DNA of 24,479 bases, taken from positions 124,001 to 148,479 of the forward strand of contig QPGO01000183.1 of NCBI GenBank assembly GCA_008632985.1, written 5' to 3'. Source of the DNA: Psammoneis japonica (lineage: Eukaryota). A program made the position numbers and the translations under genes. Below the pieces are notes generated by a model. The model searched no databases. It was not told where the DNA came from and saw only the letters and a program-made list of their open reading frames with translations. Shown here piece after piece: positions 11,695 through 22,390 of this stretch (positions are counted from its first letter, which is position 1; every line of letters starts with the position of its first letter).

Positions 11695-14316
11695 ATGATT
11701 GGCGACAAACCACACGACGCTCTCACTTTTGAACTTGGAGAAGCTTGCAACACTCACCATTTGTCTTGTCTCACAAAAGCAATCATGGACCTCTTCCTGT
11801 TCATTTTCATTGCTCTCTTTGCCACAGCCATCGTTGCTGTTGTGGTTTTGATCTCTTTGATCTGCAAGCTTGTCATCAACACCATGCTTGCCGTCTTGGT
11901 CGTGTTGAAGCAAAACTCAATGCTTTCCAATGTTGCCAAGATTCAAGCCCATCCATTCCAAGAGACCTTGTTGCTGACTGCAATTGACGACGTCAAGCAC
12001 ATGTGCTTCTTTTCTCCCAAGGCATGGCTCGAATTGCACGTCAAGAAACTCTGTCGCCTTGCCGCCAAAACCTGCAAAGACCACATCGCCAAGCTTCCGA
12101 CGCTCGTCAATGAGTCATTTGCTTGAGGCCTCAAGAACTTCCACATCAAGATCAAGAAGTTTGTCAAGTTGGACGTGCACATCAACAATGCCGTCATCGC
12201 CAGTGCTGCAAGCTGTGCACCGGCTGGGTTGCTCCCAGTTGTTGATGGCGTGGAGTTTGCAATCAAGTTGACAAAGAACAAGCAATTTCAAAAGATTCAG
12301 TCAGAAATTGCCAATGTGCTGAAAAAACTCTTCACATGATGCAGCAACATTGAAGTGAGCTTCCAGTTTGAGCACTGCAACAAGCTTTGCTCTCTGTTGG
12401 TTGATGTCGTGTTGAGATTGGTGCTCTAACGCAAGAATTCCTGGGCGCCAAGTGACCTGTCATGATGCCTCCATGCTGCATTTGAGACAAGTCCAGAGGT
12501 TGTTGATCTCGTGCCATCAATTCCTCCTTCGACCGTGCCCGCTGCTCAAGCCGTCAAAGAATTCAGCGCCACTCCATCAGACATTGCGAGTGCATCAGAT
12601 GAGCTTGTGGTTGCAACATCAGAAAGCATTGTCTCCTTGGGCACACCTGCTGTGGCTCCGACAGAAAATGGCAGTCATGTGCCCCTGACTCTTTCGTCGG
12701 ATGCACCAAGTGTGTGTCTGCAAGAAGGGGCTGAAGATGTTCCATCGACGCCCACTTCGACAATGCCCACTGCTCAAGCCGGCAGCGAACCCAGCACTGT
12801 TCCGTCAGAATTTGCCAGTCCTTCAGACGAACCTGTGGCCACTTTGTCAGAAGCCATTGACCATGTGCCATTGACCTCTCTGCCGCTGTTGTCATTGGAG
12901 CCAACTGGGCTGACATGAAAGCACTCAAAGAAAACAAAAGTGACAAAGAACGGTTGCAGAGTCAACCCAAAGACAGCCTGTTCTTCCAAGTTGCTGGCGG
13001 CCCAGATGCAGGAGAACAAGAAGAAACAAACAGCAAAGCATCAACCCGAGTGCCGCAAAAGGACAAGGGCAGCAAGACAAAAAGCACACGGGGCAGTCCC
13101 TTCGAAGATGCTGAGAAACATTGCATTTGAAAGGGCGACTCCCTCAGATGCACCTGACGTGGTTTCGTCCGAAACAGTTGACGATCAAATTCCGTCCATT
13201 CTGTCATTGACCGTGTCCGCAGATCTGGACGGCGATCCGCCAAGCGACGCTCTTTCAGAAGCTGAAATCTTGCTGGGTGCACCTGCTGTGGCTCCAACGG
13301 AAGACGTCAGCCATGTGACACCGACTCCTTTGCATGCTCCGTTGAATGCACCCAGTGTGGTTTCACAAAAAGAAAGTGATGCTGTCCCATCAACAACTCC
13401 TCTGACAGCATCCGCAGCCACAGCCAGACCATGCACTGTCAAGCGACGCAAGGTGTTGAAAAAGGAGCTGCGCTGTGAACAACAACAAGCTTTCAAATGC
13501 ATCAAAAGACATCATCAAGCTGGATTGCTTGCCTTGTCAAAGAACATTCGCGGGGGGTTCATTGACATGAGCAGGATGAAACCAAATGTCGCAGCTTCGT
13601 CCTTCCAAGCTTTGCTTGGAATCTGTTCAGATGTTTCACAAAACCACAAGGAGAGAAAGAAAATGCGAGTGGTTTGTCACAATTGACGCATGTCTCCTGA
13701 GTCCAATGCGTTGAAGAAGCAACTTGATGCATTCAAGAAGAAATGCCAGAAGAGATTTGACACCCGCAAAATTCAACAAGATGCCAGCCGCAGAAAGAAT
13801 GTTGAATCCAATCGACAGTGCAAACCCTGAATGAAATCCTTCGATTTGCAAAACACCACGTTGCTTCGAGCAATTGTGTTTGCATGGCAGCATGTCATCC
13901 CTCCGTCAGAAGCACCTGCAGCAGAAAAACGAGAAATGTTTGGAAGAATGCACACTGTGAGACATGCACAACCATGTGATGAAAGCAGCCTTTTCACCAC
14001 CAGACTTGCCATTTTTTGCTCGCCTTTGCCATTCAGCACAATCGAAAAAGAATCACACTGGGTTGATGACAATGCAGCATCACACGAGTGTGCCGTGGTC
14101 TCTTTAAGACCATTGACTGCACCACCCCTTTTTGTCATGGCCATTCACTGTCCCAGCCCAAACCCAAAGCTCGAATGCTGGCTCATGAGAACAAAGGTGC
14201 AAGTTGCTCAATGTCTTGTGTCCTCTTCTGTCTCGAATTTTCAATTGGCTCAGTGCAGCAAGTGTCAAACGCCACCGGTTTCAATTTCCCACACCCCGGG
14301 CTCAGTCACTTGCTGA
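11695..14316 (+). pseudogene. Long single-frame coding relic (about 870 codons) of unknown protein with internal Pro/Ser/Ala/Glu repeats
   Basis: ORFs starting at 11695, 12511, 12940 and 13831 share one frame, separated only by point stops (12124, 12337, 12427, 12463, 12916, 13684, 13828). In-frame internal repeats include STVPAAQA../STMPTAQA.. and LGTPAVAPTENGSHV/LGAPAVAPTEDVSHV. Confidence 0.55.
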
Positions 14317-16800
14317 AGCACATTCCTGCTGCGCCAGGTGGAAGATGTCATTCGTGCCCCGAAATGTCACATTGCATGCGTGCCTGGAATTGAATCTTGG
14401 TCAGACAGTCCATTGCGGATGGCCCCTGTTTGCAACTCTGACCATTGATTGCAAGCCAGGCGGGAAACGAGACCTTGGTCAAATTGGCAGCTGCACTTCT
14501 TCACAATGTGCTGGCCAGTCATGATGGGTGCCATCTCAAAGATGACATGTGCAATGGTGGTGCAGAGCGCTCCACAAACAATGGCACCCTGGCCCACCAC
14601 CATTGAAAAGACACTGGGTGCCATTTCGAGTTTGCCAGTTTCAGTCGCTTTGGAGGAGACGTGAGCGGCAAATCGAAAGGACGTGAGTGGCTTCAAGCCC
14701 AAAAACTTGCAAACCACAGAACAACCCACCAAAAAGAGCCGGAGTCAGCTTGAGCCATGACAAAGAAGAGACAGCCCCACATCGCAGTCTTGCCCTTGCA
14801 GAAATGCACCAAGCCGGCATCACAATCAGCTGCCACATCAATGTCGAAAGCCACGAGTCCGGCGACCTTGTTGGCCGCGACGATTCAGAAGACTCGAGAG
14901 AGGATGAGGACAAATGCCGTCTCCGTGAAGAAGAGCGTGCTTTGTCGGAACGATTTGGAGAAGTTGGCAAAGCCAGCAGCAAAAAGCAAAAGCAAACGGA
15001 CAGGAAATCGAAGCCGAGTGTGCCAAGAAGCAAGCAAGAAACCTCGTCCAATGTTGTCACTGGCACACTTGTGTGGTTCCAATGGAGCGGCGCGAATCAA
15101 GAATGAATTCTCCAGAACCCTCTTTACACCTTGGCTCGCTCACTTGACGGCTCTTTTTCCCAGATGGGTTGAGCTTGCTTGGTGAGTTTCAAGGCTGCTT
15201 CCATGTCAGCCTCACAGCCGCGGGGAACCTTTCCAAAAATGGATCAATCCGCGGGATTCTCCACGTCAATGGCAACAGAATCAGGCAGCAATGCACTTGT
15301 TGCCGCTCCATTGACTGAGCCTCTTCTTTCCTTCAGTGGAACCAGGCTTCATTGATGAATGACATCCCACCAAGTCATGCAGGCTGCTGCCATCTCGAGA
15401 CCCTGCCCAAAATGAGTGTTGAAGAAATGTTTTGGAAAGAGTCAAGGCAATGAAGACACGGAGAGACAAAGCACACATTGTGCACTCATGCCAGATTCCA
15501 GTGAATCAATTGTCATTGCTTGAGGAATTGCACATGTGCAAGGATGGCAGAAACTGCCGCCGAATGAGAGTCTTGAAAGCAGAGATTGTCGACAAGATCG
15601 CCGGAGACGAGTCGGTCTCCGTGTGGCAACTTTGCATGCCGGCCACCACGGCACCAAAATGCAGAAAACATCAAGCAAATGGCACGGTGTTGATTTCAGA
15701 AAGACATCCGAGAGCCAACGGATCGGCACATCAAGCTTTTGCTTGAATTCAAACCAACAAACAACTCCAAACGCCCGAAAGCCGCCTAAAATTGGACAAA
15801 GGCCCAGCTCCTGGTGCCGGGAAGAAAGCCAGTCATGCTGCACACGAACATCCATGTCCGCTAAAATGGCAAAAAAGAGGTGAGAGAATCTTGTGTGCGG
15901 CTGACTCTCAAAATGATTGCAGCTGGGATGCTGCACCCCTTCATGAGCGGGCCGCTGCAAATGGCGGTGTTGCTCTGCGGCGGGGCATTGCAGATGCATG
16001 AGAACAACTGACTGCTCACACAGGACATCATCTCATGCATCTCAGTCTCATCCATCTGTCTCACCCGTGCTCAACCTGAATGAGGAACATGCAATGTGGC
16101 GAGTCATCAACCAGATCCAAACAGTGTCGCAAAGCACTGTTGCACAGTCTCACCTGTGGCTCCAAGTGTCACAACTGGAGCAAGCAGAGAGTGGTGTCAT
16201 GCACCCCAAATGAAAAGAAATTGAGGCAGCCATCATGGAATCTTGCAACAAAAGGGTGTCGCTGCCAGTGCAGCAGCCAAGTCCACGATGTGCCGCGACT
16301 GTCAAAGCTGCACTTCACCCCCCTCTTCAAAGTGCGTGTGTCAGCGGCGTTTTCGGATCAATTCAGTGTCCTCTTTGGCCCTGTTGTTGCCCTCAACTTT
16401 CTGGTCATTCTCCTCATCGCTCAACACTGCAAGCAAATCAAGGCAAGCCATGTTTCCGTCAATGTCAACCAAGGACAACAAGCACACATTTCAAGCGAGA
16501 TTGCTTCTCTTCCATGAACATCACACACTTCTTTTTGCGCTGCCCTCGTGCACCACAAATTTTTGGAATGCCGTGCCTTGGATGCCGCCACGAATTCAGC
16601 ATGCTGCTTGGAAGCAAAGGTTGAAATACCCATTGCGATCTCCATGCTGTGTACCGATCCATTGCTTCTATTTACTCGACTCGTACAATGCCCCACCAGA
16701 TCGGAGGTCGGAGGTCGGAGGGGTTCTACGTGATTGGCGCACGTGACTATCGCGCAAACGTTCAGCATTTCAAAGTATCCAACCTGAATATAATCAATGC

Positions 16801-17002
16801 GTGTCGAATGCATCGTAATGTGTCCTTAAAGCACGTATACATTCATTGATTATCGCGTGACGAATGCATCGTTTTTCGTGACGAATGCATCGCAATGTGT
16901 TATTAAAGACCGGACACATTCATTGATTTCGCGTGACGAATGCATCGCAATATATTTATACAGAACGAATAACGCATTAGTTTTGCTTGTGAGAATGCAT
17001 CG
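16801..17002 (+). repeat. Array of five GTGACGAATGCATCG motifs, mostly 55-56 bp apart
   Basis: Motif starts at 16801, 16857, 16878, 16933 and 16989. The spacers are related to each other (aatgtgt..ttaaag..acattcattgatt..cgc). Confidence 0.85.
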
Positions 17003-17597
17003 TTTTTTCAGTTCATTTTCTGCGTAGAATCTACGTACGCATGTGGTTCAAGCCATCCACTGTCGCACAATTCCCCCGCCGCCCATCAGCGCAGCAACCC
17101 AACAACAACAAGAACACTCGCTCCGCGCTTCATCGGCTCTTTATTCAAATGTCATGCATGCTGCAAGCTGCAACATACGACAGCGACTCGGGTTCCTCGG
17201 CTGTCTACGTCTCGAGTCAATCGAGTCTTACAACTGGTGAGCGGAGTCAATTGTGTCGTAATCGAAAGGCCCATCGAAGTCCAATGGACAGGGTCTTCTT
17301 GATTCAGTGAATGCCGAGTTCAACAATCTCTTTCCTCTTCCTCCAATGCATCCATCTGAAGAAGAGCTGGCGAACTTGTCGGAGCAGGAAAAGGATGCGA
17401 TGATCACAAGCGTCATGAAAGTGGCGGAATTGCAGGGTCATTTTTTTGTTTTTTGAGGGGCTGTTGAATGACACATCTGTGCAGCGTGCGATTCGACATC
17501 GGCCGCAGCCACACACCATGTATTGTATGTCTTGTGTAAGAGCTCGTTCTTCCGACACTTCCTATTTTCCCTATCCTTGATTAAATATCTGTTCAAG

Positions 17598-18569
17598 GTG
17601 TGGCCCTGAAAGTGGTGAAGAATAGACAAGCTTATGCACAACAAGCAGCTGTGGAGATTGATGTCTTTCGGGTATTGAGTAAAGACGAGGATGGCTTGGC
17701 CACCAACTTTCAAGCAAACGATCGCAAGATGGTGCACCTGCAATCATACAGTACGCATCAGAATCGCCTTTGCTTGGTGTTTTAATTGTTGGTGATGAAT
17801 TATTACGAGGTTTTCAATCAGCAGCAGTTCCGAGGGTTACCGTTGACAATGGTTCGGTCGCTGCTCGTGCGAGCAATGGACGGCGTGCAGGAATTGTGTT
17901 AGCGATCGATTGTTAATTGCAGTCTGAAGCCTGAGAATATCTCGCTTACCGAGAAGTAGTCTGGTTTAAGCAATATCAAGTTAATCAATTTCGGTACGGC
18001 TTGCCTTGAAGGACACACGGCTCATACGTATGTTCAATCTCGATTTCACCACAGCCTGGTTGTTCTTCTACTCTAGTGCTACCGTACAATTCCGCAATTT
18101 GACATGTGGTCCTTTGACGCGTTGCCGCCGAACTGTTCCTCGGATTGTCTCTACTACCTGGTGCTTATGAGCACGATCAGCTGAGACGACTTTGTGAAAT
18201 GATTGGACCCACTCCAGACAAGGTGATTGGCGAAGGGTACGTGTCATTTTTTGTATTTGATACTTTTATTGAACGGACGCATGTGCTCATTTATTGTTTA
18301 TCGCTGCTATAGTCTTTGTTCAGTGCTAATAATCGTCCATGTACTTTGCAAAATTTATTTCCAAGTCGGAAACTATTACTTCAACTCCGATGCAGCCACA
18401 AACCAGCACAGCTAGCATAGAGAAGCCATCATCTTCGAAGACACAGAGAGAATATCTCGATGGCATCCCAGAAGAAGAAATCCGAAAGATATCCGGGCTA
18501 CGGAAGCTAGAGAAGCAACCCACCAATCGATACTTCAAGAGAACAAAGCTTTTGAGAATACATGTGTAG
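17598..18569 (+). pseudogene. YAK1: YAK1/DYRK-family protein kinase pseudogene fragment
   Basis: Motifs VALKVVKNRQAYAQQAAVEI, LCLVF*LL, QFRGLPL, NCSLKPENI (HCDLKPEN decayed), IKLINFGTAC (DFG decayed), YVQSRFH, DMWS and AAELFLGL..PGAYEHDQL. Several in-frame stops and frameshifts are present, and a GTACGT intron donor lies at 18237. Confidence 0.9.
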
Positions 18570-19199
18570 CTACAACTAGAGGTGTTTACTATGAACTATA
18601 AAGCTCTCGTGTTGTCCTTGAAACAAATTTGCCAGTTCAAACAAAACCAAGAAGGGTGCGTACACAAATCCTTGACCACTCGGCAGATGTATCTTGAACG
18701 ACCTTTACGCTCTTTCGGACTGACTATCGGTAATACCATTTTCCGCTCTTTTGGCCACTCGCCGCATGCTACCACCGCCGGCACTGGTGTACTTGATAGC
18801 TTCGAATCCCAGTTTTCAAAAGCGTAAAGAGAGATATTTTAATTCATAATTTGTTGGCTAATTTTTTGTTTTGTTTTCATAATTTTGATCTGTAGGCCTA
18901 ATACTCTACAGTGCACTCTGTAAGCAATCCCTCTTGAGCCCCAGTAACCCATACCTCACACCCGCGATATTGAATCCAACAATCCGTGAGCTTCTACCTT
19001 GCACGCGAAAAGTCTGTCCAATGTTTGTTTCTCGTTTTCTCATTCTCAGCATGACACGTGCTTACGGAAAGCAAGCTGACATCTGAAATGACCATAATGT
19101 CCATACGACAATGCAGGTCTGGACGAAAAATAAGATACAATCATGGACAAACTTTTCCACCCGCAATAGCAAAAAACCCAGACCCAGTCAGAACACTCG

Positions 19200-20913
19200 T
19201 TACAAATCCGGATCGGGATCCTCCTCCAAGTAGGAATCAATCGTCTGTCTCTCGCTCCCATCCACACATTGAATGTCGTAGTACGCCACGAGATCATCAT
19301 CAAAGTAGACATTTACAACTTTGGCCATTACACGAGTGTTGTTGCGGCAGTAAAGCACGTCCTGGCCCTTCGTGTACGTTGAAATAGGAGTTTTCGGCGC
19401 AGGAGTGAGATGTGAATCGACGGCCTCTCTCTCTTCCCCATCAGGCATACGGACAGCATAGGTCGGGTAGAAATCCTCGTGGGTGATAATTCTAACGACG
19501 ACGGCAGGAGTGGCCTCTTGCCAACTTCGAGCCTTGTGAATCACTTTGTCACCCACCGAAAACTTTGGAGGAATCTCCAAGAAAACAAGCTCTCCTCCAG
19601 GTTCTTGCACTGGATTGGCATAATTCACTGAGCAAGGGGGGTAGCAGACAGAGTAGTGCCGAACTGTGTTGCCGTCATAGATGATTTCGTCGATTTCAGC
19701 TGGAATGGTTTTGTCGAAGAACCGATACTTGAACGTCACCTTGTCCCCTACCGAATATAACTTTGGCTGGAGCACCTCGGAACAAGGCCCCATGACAGGG
19801 TCTTCTTTACATTTTGGATTCAAAAGCTCCGTGTCTCCTTCAGATGCTACCGAATACAACTTTGGCTGGGGCGCCTCGAAACAAGCTTCTTCGACAGTTT
19901 CTTCTTCTTCCTTTGGATTACACGGCTCGGTGTCTCCTTCAAATACCGCCGAATGCAACTTTGGGTGGGGCACCTCAAAAGGCTCCGCGTCTCCTTCAGA
20001 TACTGCCGACTGTAACTTTGGCTGGGGCACGTTGTCTTTTTCTGCTTCCGATTCGACCGTCGGTGGAGAGTTGTTCATTGGAACCGGCTCGTGAAAGGCG
20101 CCACCATCGCAACCAGCACTGTTAACAGGGGTGAACCGATACTTCCTAGGGATTGACGTGGGCGGCGGAACTTCGATCGGCGGAACTTTGATGTTGTTGA
20201 GTTTTTTTGTCCTCCATTTGACCGACAGTGGAGAGTCCTTGTAGATAGGAACCGGATCGCGAGAGTCGCTACTGTTGCAACCAATGTCGTGAGTAGAGCT
20301 GAACTGGCACTTTGGAGCACTCGGCTTGGGAGGCAAAGCTTTGAAGATGTCTTTTTCTGATTTCATTTCGACCGCCGGTGGGGGGTTGTACATTTGAACT
20401 GGTTTGCGAATTGTGCTACTGTTGCAACCAACACCGTGAGCAGGACTGAGCTGGTGCCTCAGAGGGCTCGGCTTGGGAGGCAAAAGGTTGATCTTTTCTT
20501 TTTCTGACACCGGCTCGAGAAAAGCAATACTGTCGCGATCAATGCCGTGAATAGGGCTGAAAGCAGGAAAAGGAACAGAAGGAATGCGACGTGAGAAACA
20601 AATGTTGTCGTAACAGGCAGTACAAACAACGAGCGCAATAGAGAACTTACTGCAGAAATGGCTCATTGTCTTCAAAGGTCGAATCTGTAGTCCAACCCTC
20701 GTCGTCATAATGCGCCTGAGCCCGCTCCTCAAAGACAAGGTAGAGATAGATAAGACATACAGCCGCGAATAACCAGACGTTGACTGCCCTCAAAAAGAGA
20801 AACACGAGGAACCAGCAAACCGCGACAAATGGGCTGAACTGATCAGGATCCATGATTCGGTCATAGGTACCAAAGAGAAACAAGGCGTTCAAGAAGAGGA
20901 AAGTGTACAACAT
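19200..20913 (-). CDS. Apparently intact 539-aa protein: hydrophobic N-terminal membrane segments, Pro-rich repeats and three C-terminal Tudor/SH3-like modules; exons 20913-20651 and 20556-19200
   Basis: ATG at 20913 starts MLYTFLFLNALFLFG..VAVCWFLVFLFLRAVNVWLFAAVCLIYLYLVF. A phase-2 intron (GTAAGT...CTCAC...TTTCAG, 20650-20557) joins it in frame to the 512-aa ORF. The modules read YSVGDKV..AEIDEIIYD..HYSV, FSVGDKV..AVVVRI..PTYAVRMPDGEERE and YTKGQDV..AKVVNVYFDDDLVAYYDIQCVDGSERQT. Confidence 0.78.
20557..20650 (-). other. Spliceosomal intron (94 nt, phase 2)
   Basis: GTAAGT donor, TTCTCAC branch point, pyrimidine tract and CAG acceptor; splicing restores the frame. Confidence 0.85.
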
Positions 20914-21559
20914 GGTGATATTGTCGATGCGATACTTTACTTTCTTGCCAGAACTGCGATTGTGAGCCGAAGAAAGAGCGTGGGAAAGTGCGTGCTTGCA
21001 TATTTCGGATTTTCGCGTGTAGGCAATCGTGTCCGCGAAGTGCAGAGTTGGTTTTGACACAATTTTCAGTCAAGAAAATCGGTACTGGGTTCGATCCAAG
21101 TAATCATCTCGAATCCAAACTCGGAATACCGCTACAATCTTCAGCGCCATGGCCACAGCGTTTTTTGTTTCCTCTTTGCTTTTCTGACGACTGACGACTT
21201 CGCCAAAAGTCTTGTGAGGCAATAAATGTTATTCGTGCTTTCCGTTGACACGCACATGACAGTTATTTATATTAATTGGGTTGTTGAATGACACATCATC
21301 TCGTCTGCTTTGATGATCGCTGATTTCGCACCACACACCATCATGACCATGGGCAACACTTTGCCGCTACAATCCGGAATCTCTCTCTTTGCTAAATCAC
21401 CTGTTGCACTTGCCTTACTATCGCCAAGGGATCCCGAGAAATGATTATTTCTGAATTTTCTCGGATACCTACATCGATCCTGCAAGTCTCTCGTGGAAGT
21501 TCCATCAGCCATCATCAATCAGCCATCAGCCGCACAGCGATATGCGATATTCATACCAG

Positions 21560-22390
21560 GAACTCGTGCGCTTGATACATTATGGAACCATCCTGGTCGC
21601 GTAAAGTCTCCAGATCTGGGGATCAATGCCGTGTTTCTCTATGATTCCACACTCTCCATGGGATTGACTGCCATTGTGCTGCGGCAGACCGTCACTTACT
21701 TTGACGCAGTCTACCATGACAAGCATACTTTCAATACAAGCTTTGTGGATGCTACGGGTTCTATTGTCGTTGATCAGATGACAGGGTCTCGCGATTTCAC
21801 CACGCATATTACCATTTGCTCAACTTTATTGGACAAAAGACACTGAAACCAGGTATATCTCGTGTGATGCTGCGCCTCTACCAAAGGACCGCAGGTGAAT
21901 TACAACTATCTGAACGGGGTATACTACGTGGCATTGGCTTTGCTCTTTCGGCCATTATAATTCTTCTTTGTATTGCATTCGGGTACTGAATCATCCGCTA
22001 CAGAACGGGCTGAGTCGTCAAAGGTGTATTATTTTAAATGGGGTATGTTGTGGTGTGTGCTACACAGGCGTCTGTGTTTTGCCACATAAAGGGAAGACAC
22101 GGCTCATGCATTGTTTCCGTTGCGCACTATTGTTTATCGTTAAGTCGGCCATTTGTCCTTTGAGTTTTGATGACAAAATTGAGAGCAAAGCTGGGTGCGA
22201 TATAGTGTGTCAACACACACCTTGGCTATTCATCCTCGGTTTCGCTCTTGCTTTTTCTGCATTAGGGCCCTATTCAGCAAGACATGGCGGACAAACAGAA
22301 TATTTCATAACTCATAGCCCTTCGTTAAAATGCATAAAGAATCACGCCCTTTGTGACGTAATGGCACCGTTGGTTGCTCTCCTACGTGTT
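21560..22390 (+). pseudogene. Class-C (GABA-B-like) GPCR pseudogene fragment: end of extracellular domain to about TM4
   Basis: Segments AVFLYDSTLSMGL, F.DATGSIVVDQMTGSRD, PQVNYNYL, ICPLSFDD...C....PWLFILGFALAFSAL / LFSKTWRTNRIF and DVMAPLVALL resemble stramenopile 7tm_3 receptors. The fragment has frameshifts and stops and is truncated at about 22390. Confidence 0.75.

Larger units (their letters stand above)
6495..16626. other. TpA-erased, TG/CA-rich block of decayed coding and repeat sequence, probably heterochromatic transposon or duplication relics
   Basis: About 25 TpA in about 10.1 kb by manual count, and none seen between about 6860 and 8829. TpA returns abruptly at 16627 and is common upstream of 6493. 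Supplied ORF translations within the block lack Tyr and are Cys/His-rich. Confidence 0.92.

Noticed and set aside
6545..16620. Dozens of Cys/His-rich ORFs as real genes or zinc fingers
   Set aside because: They are explained by loss of TAA/TAG and by Tyr->Cys/His conversion, and they overlap in all frames.
6495..16626. Fungal-type RIP or simple CpG decay as the cause of the composition
   Set aside because: RIP increases TpA. CpG decay does not remove TpA, and CpG persists in parts of the block (e.g. 11900-13400).
6495..16626. Alternative genetic code or foreign insert with odd codon usage
   Set aside because: TpA is missing in all frames and in non-coding repeats, the relics resemble host-type families, and the second block's edge lies within one coding repeat.
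16801..17002. CRISPR-like repeat-spacer array
   Set aside because: The repeat is only 15 nt, the spacers are homologous to each other, the context is eukaryotic and no cas genes are present.
6357..17040. TGCGTAG-containing hairpins at about 6360 and 17021 as element termini
   Set aside because: The matches are short, a similar motif occurs internally at about 11661, and no target-site duplication was found.
20914..21060. N-terminal extension of the membrane protein from a TTG start
   Set aside because: In a eukaryote the first in-frame ATG at 20913, directly before the hydrophobic segment, is the more likely start.
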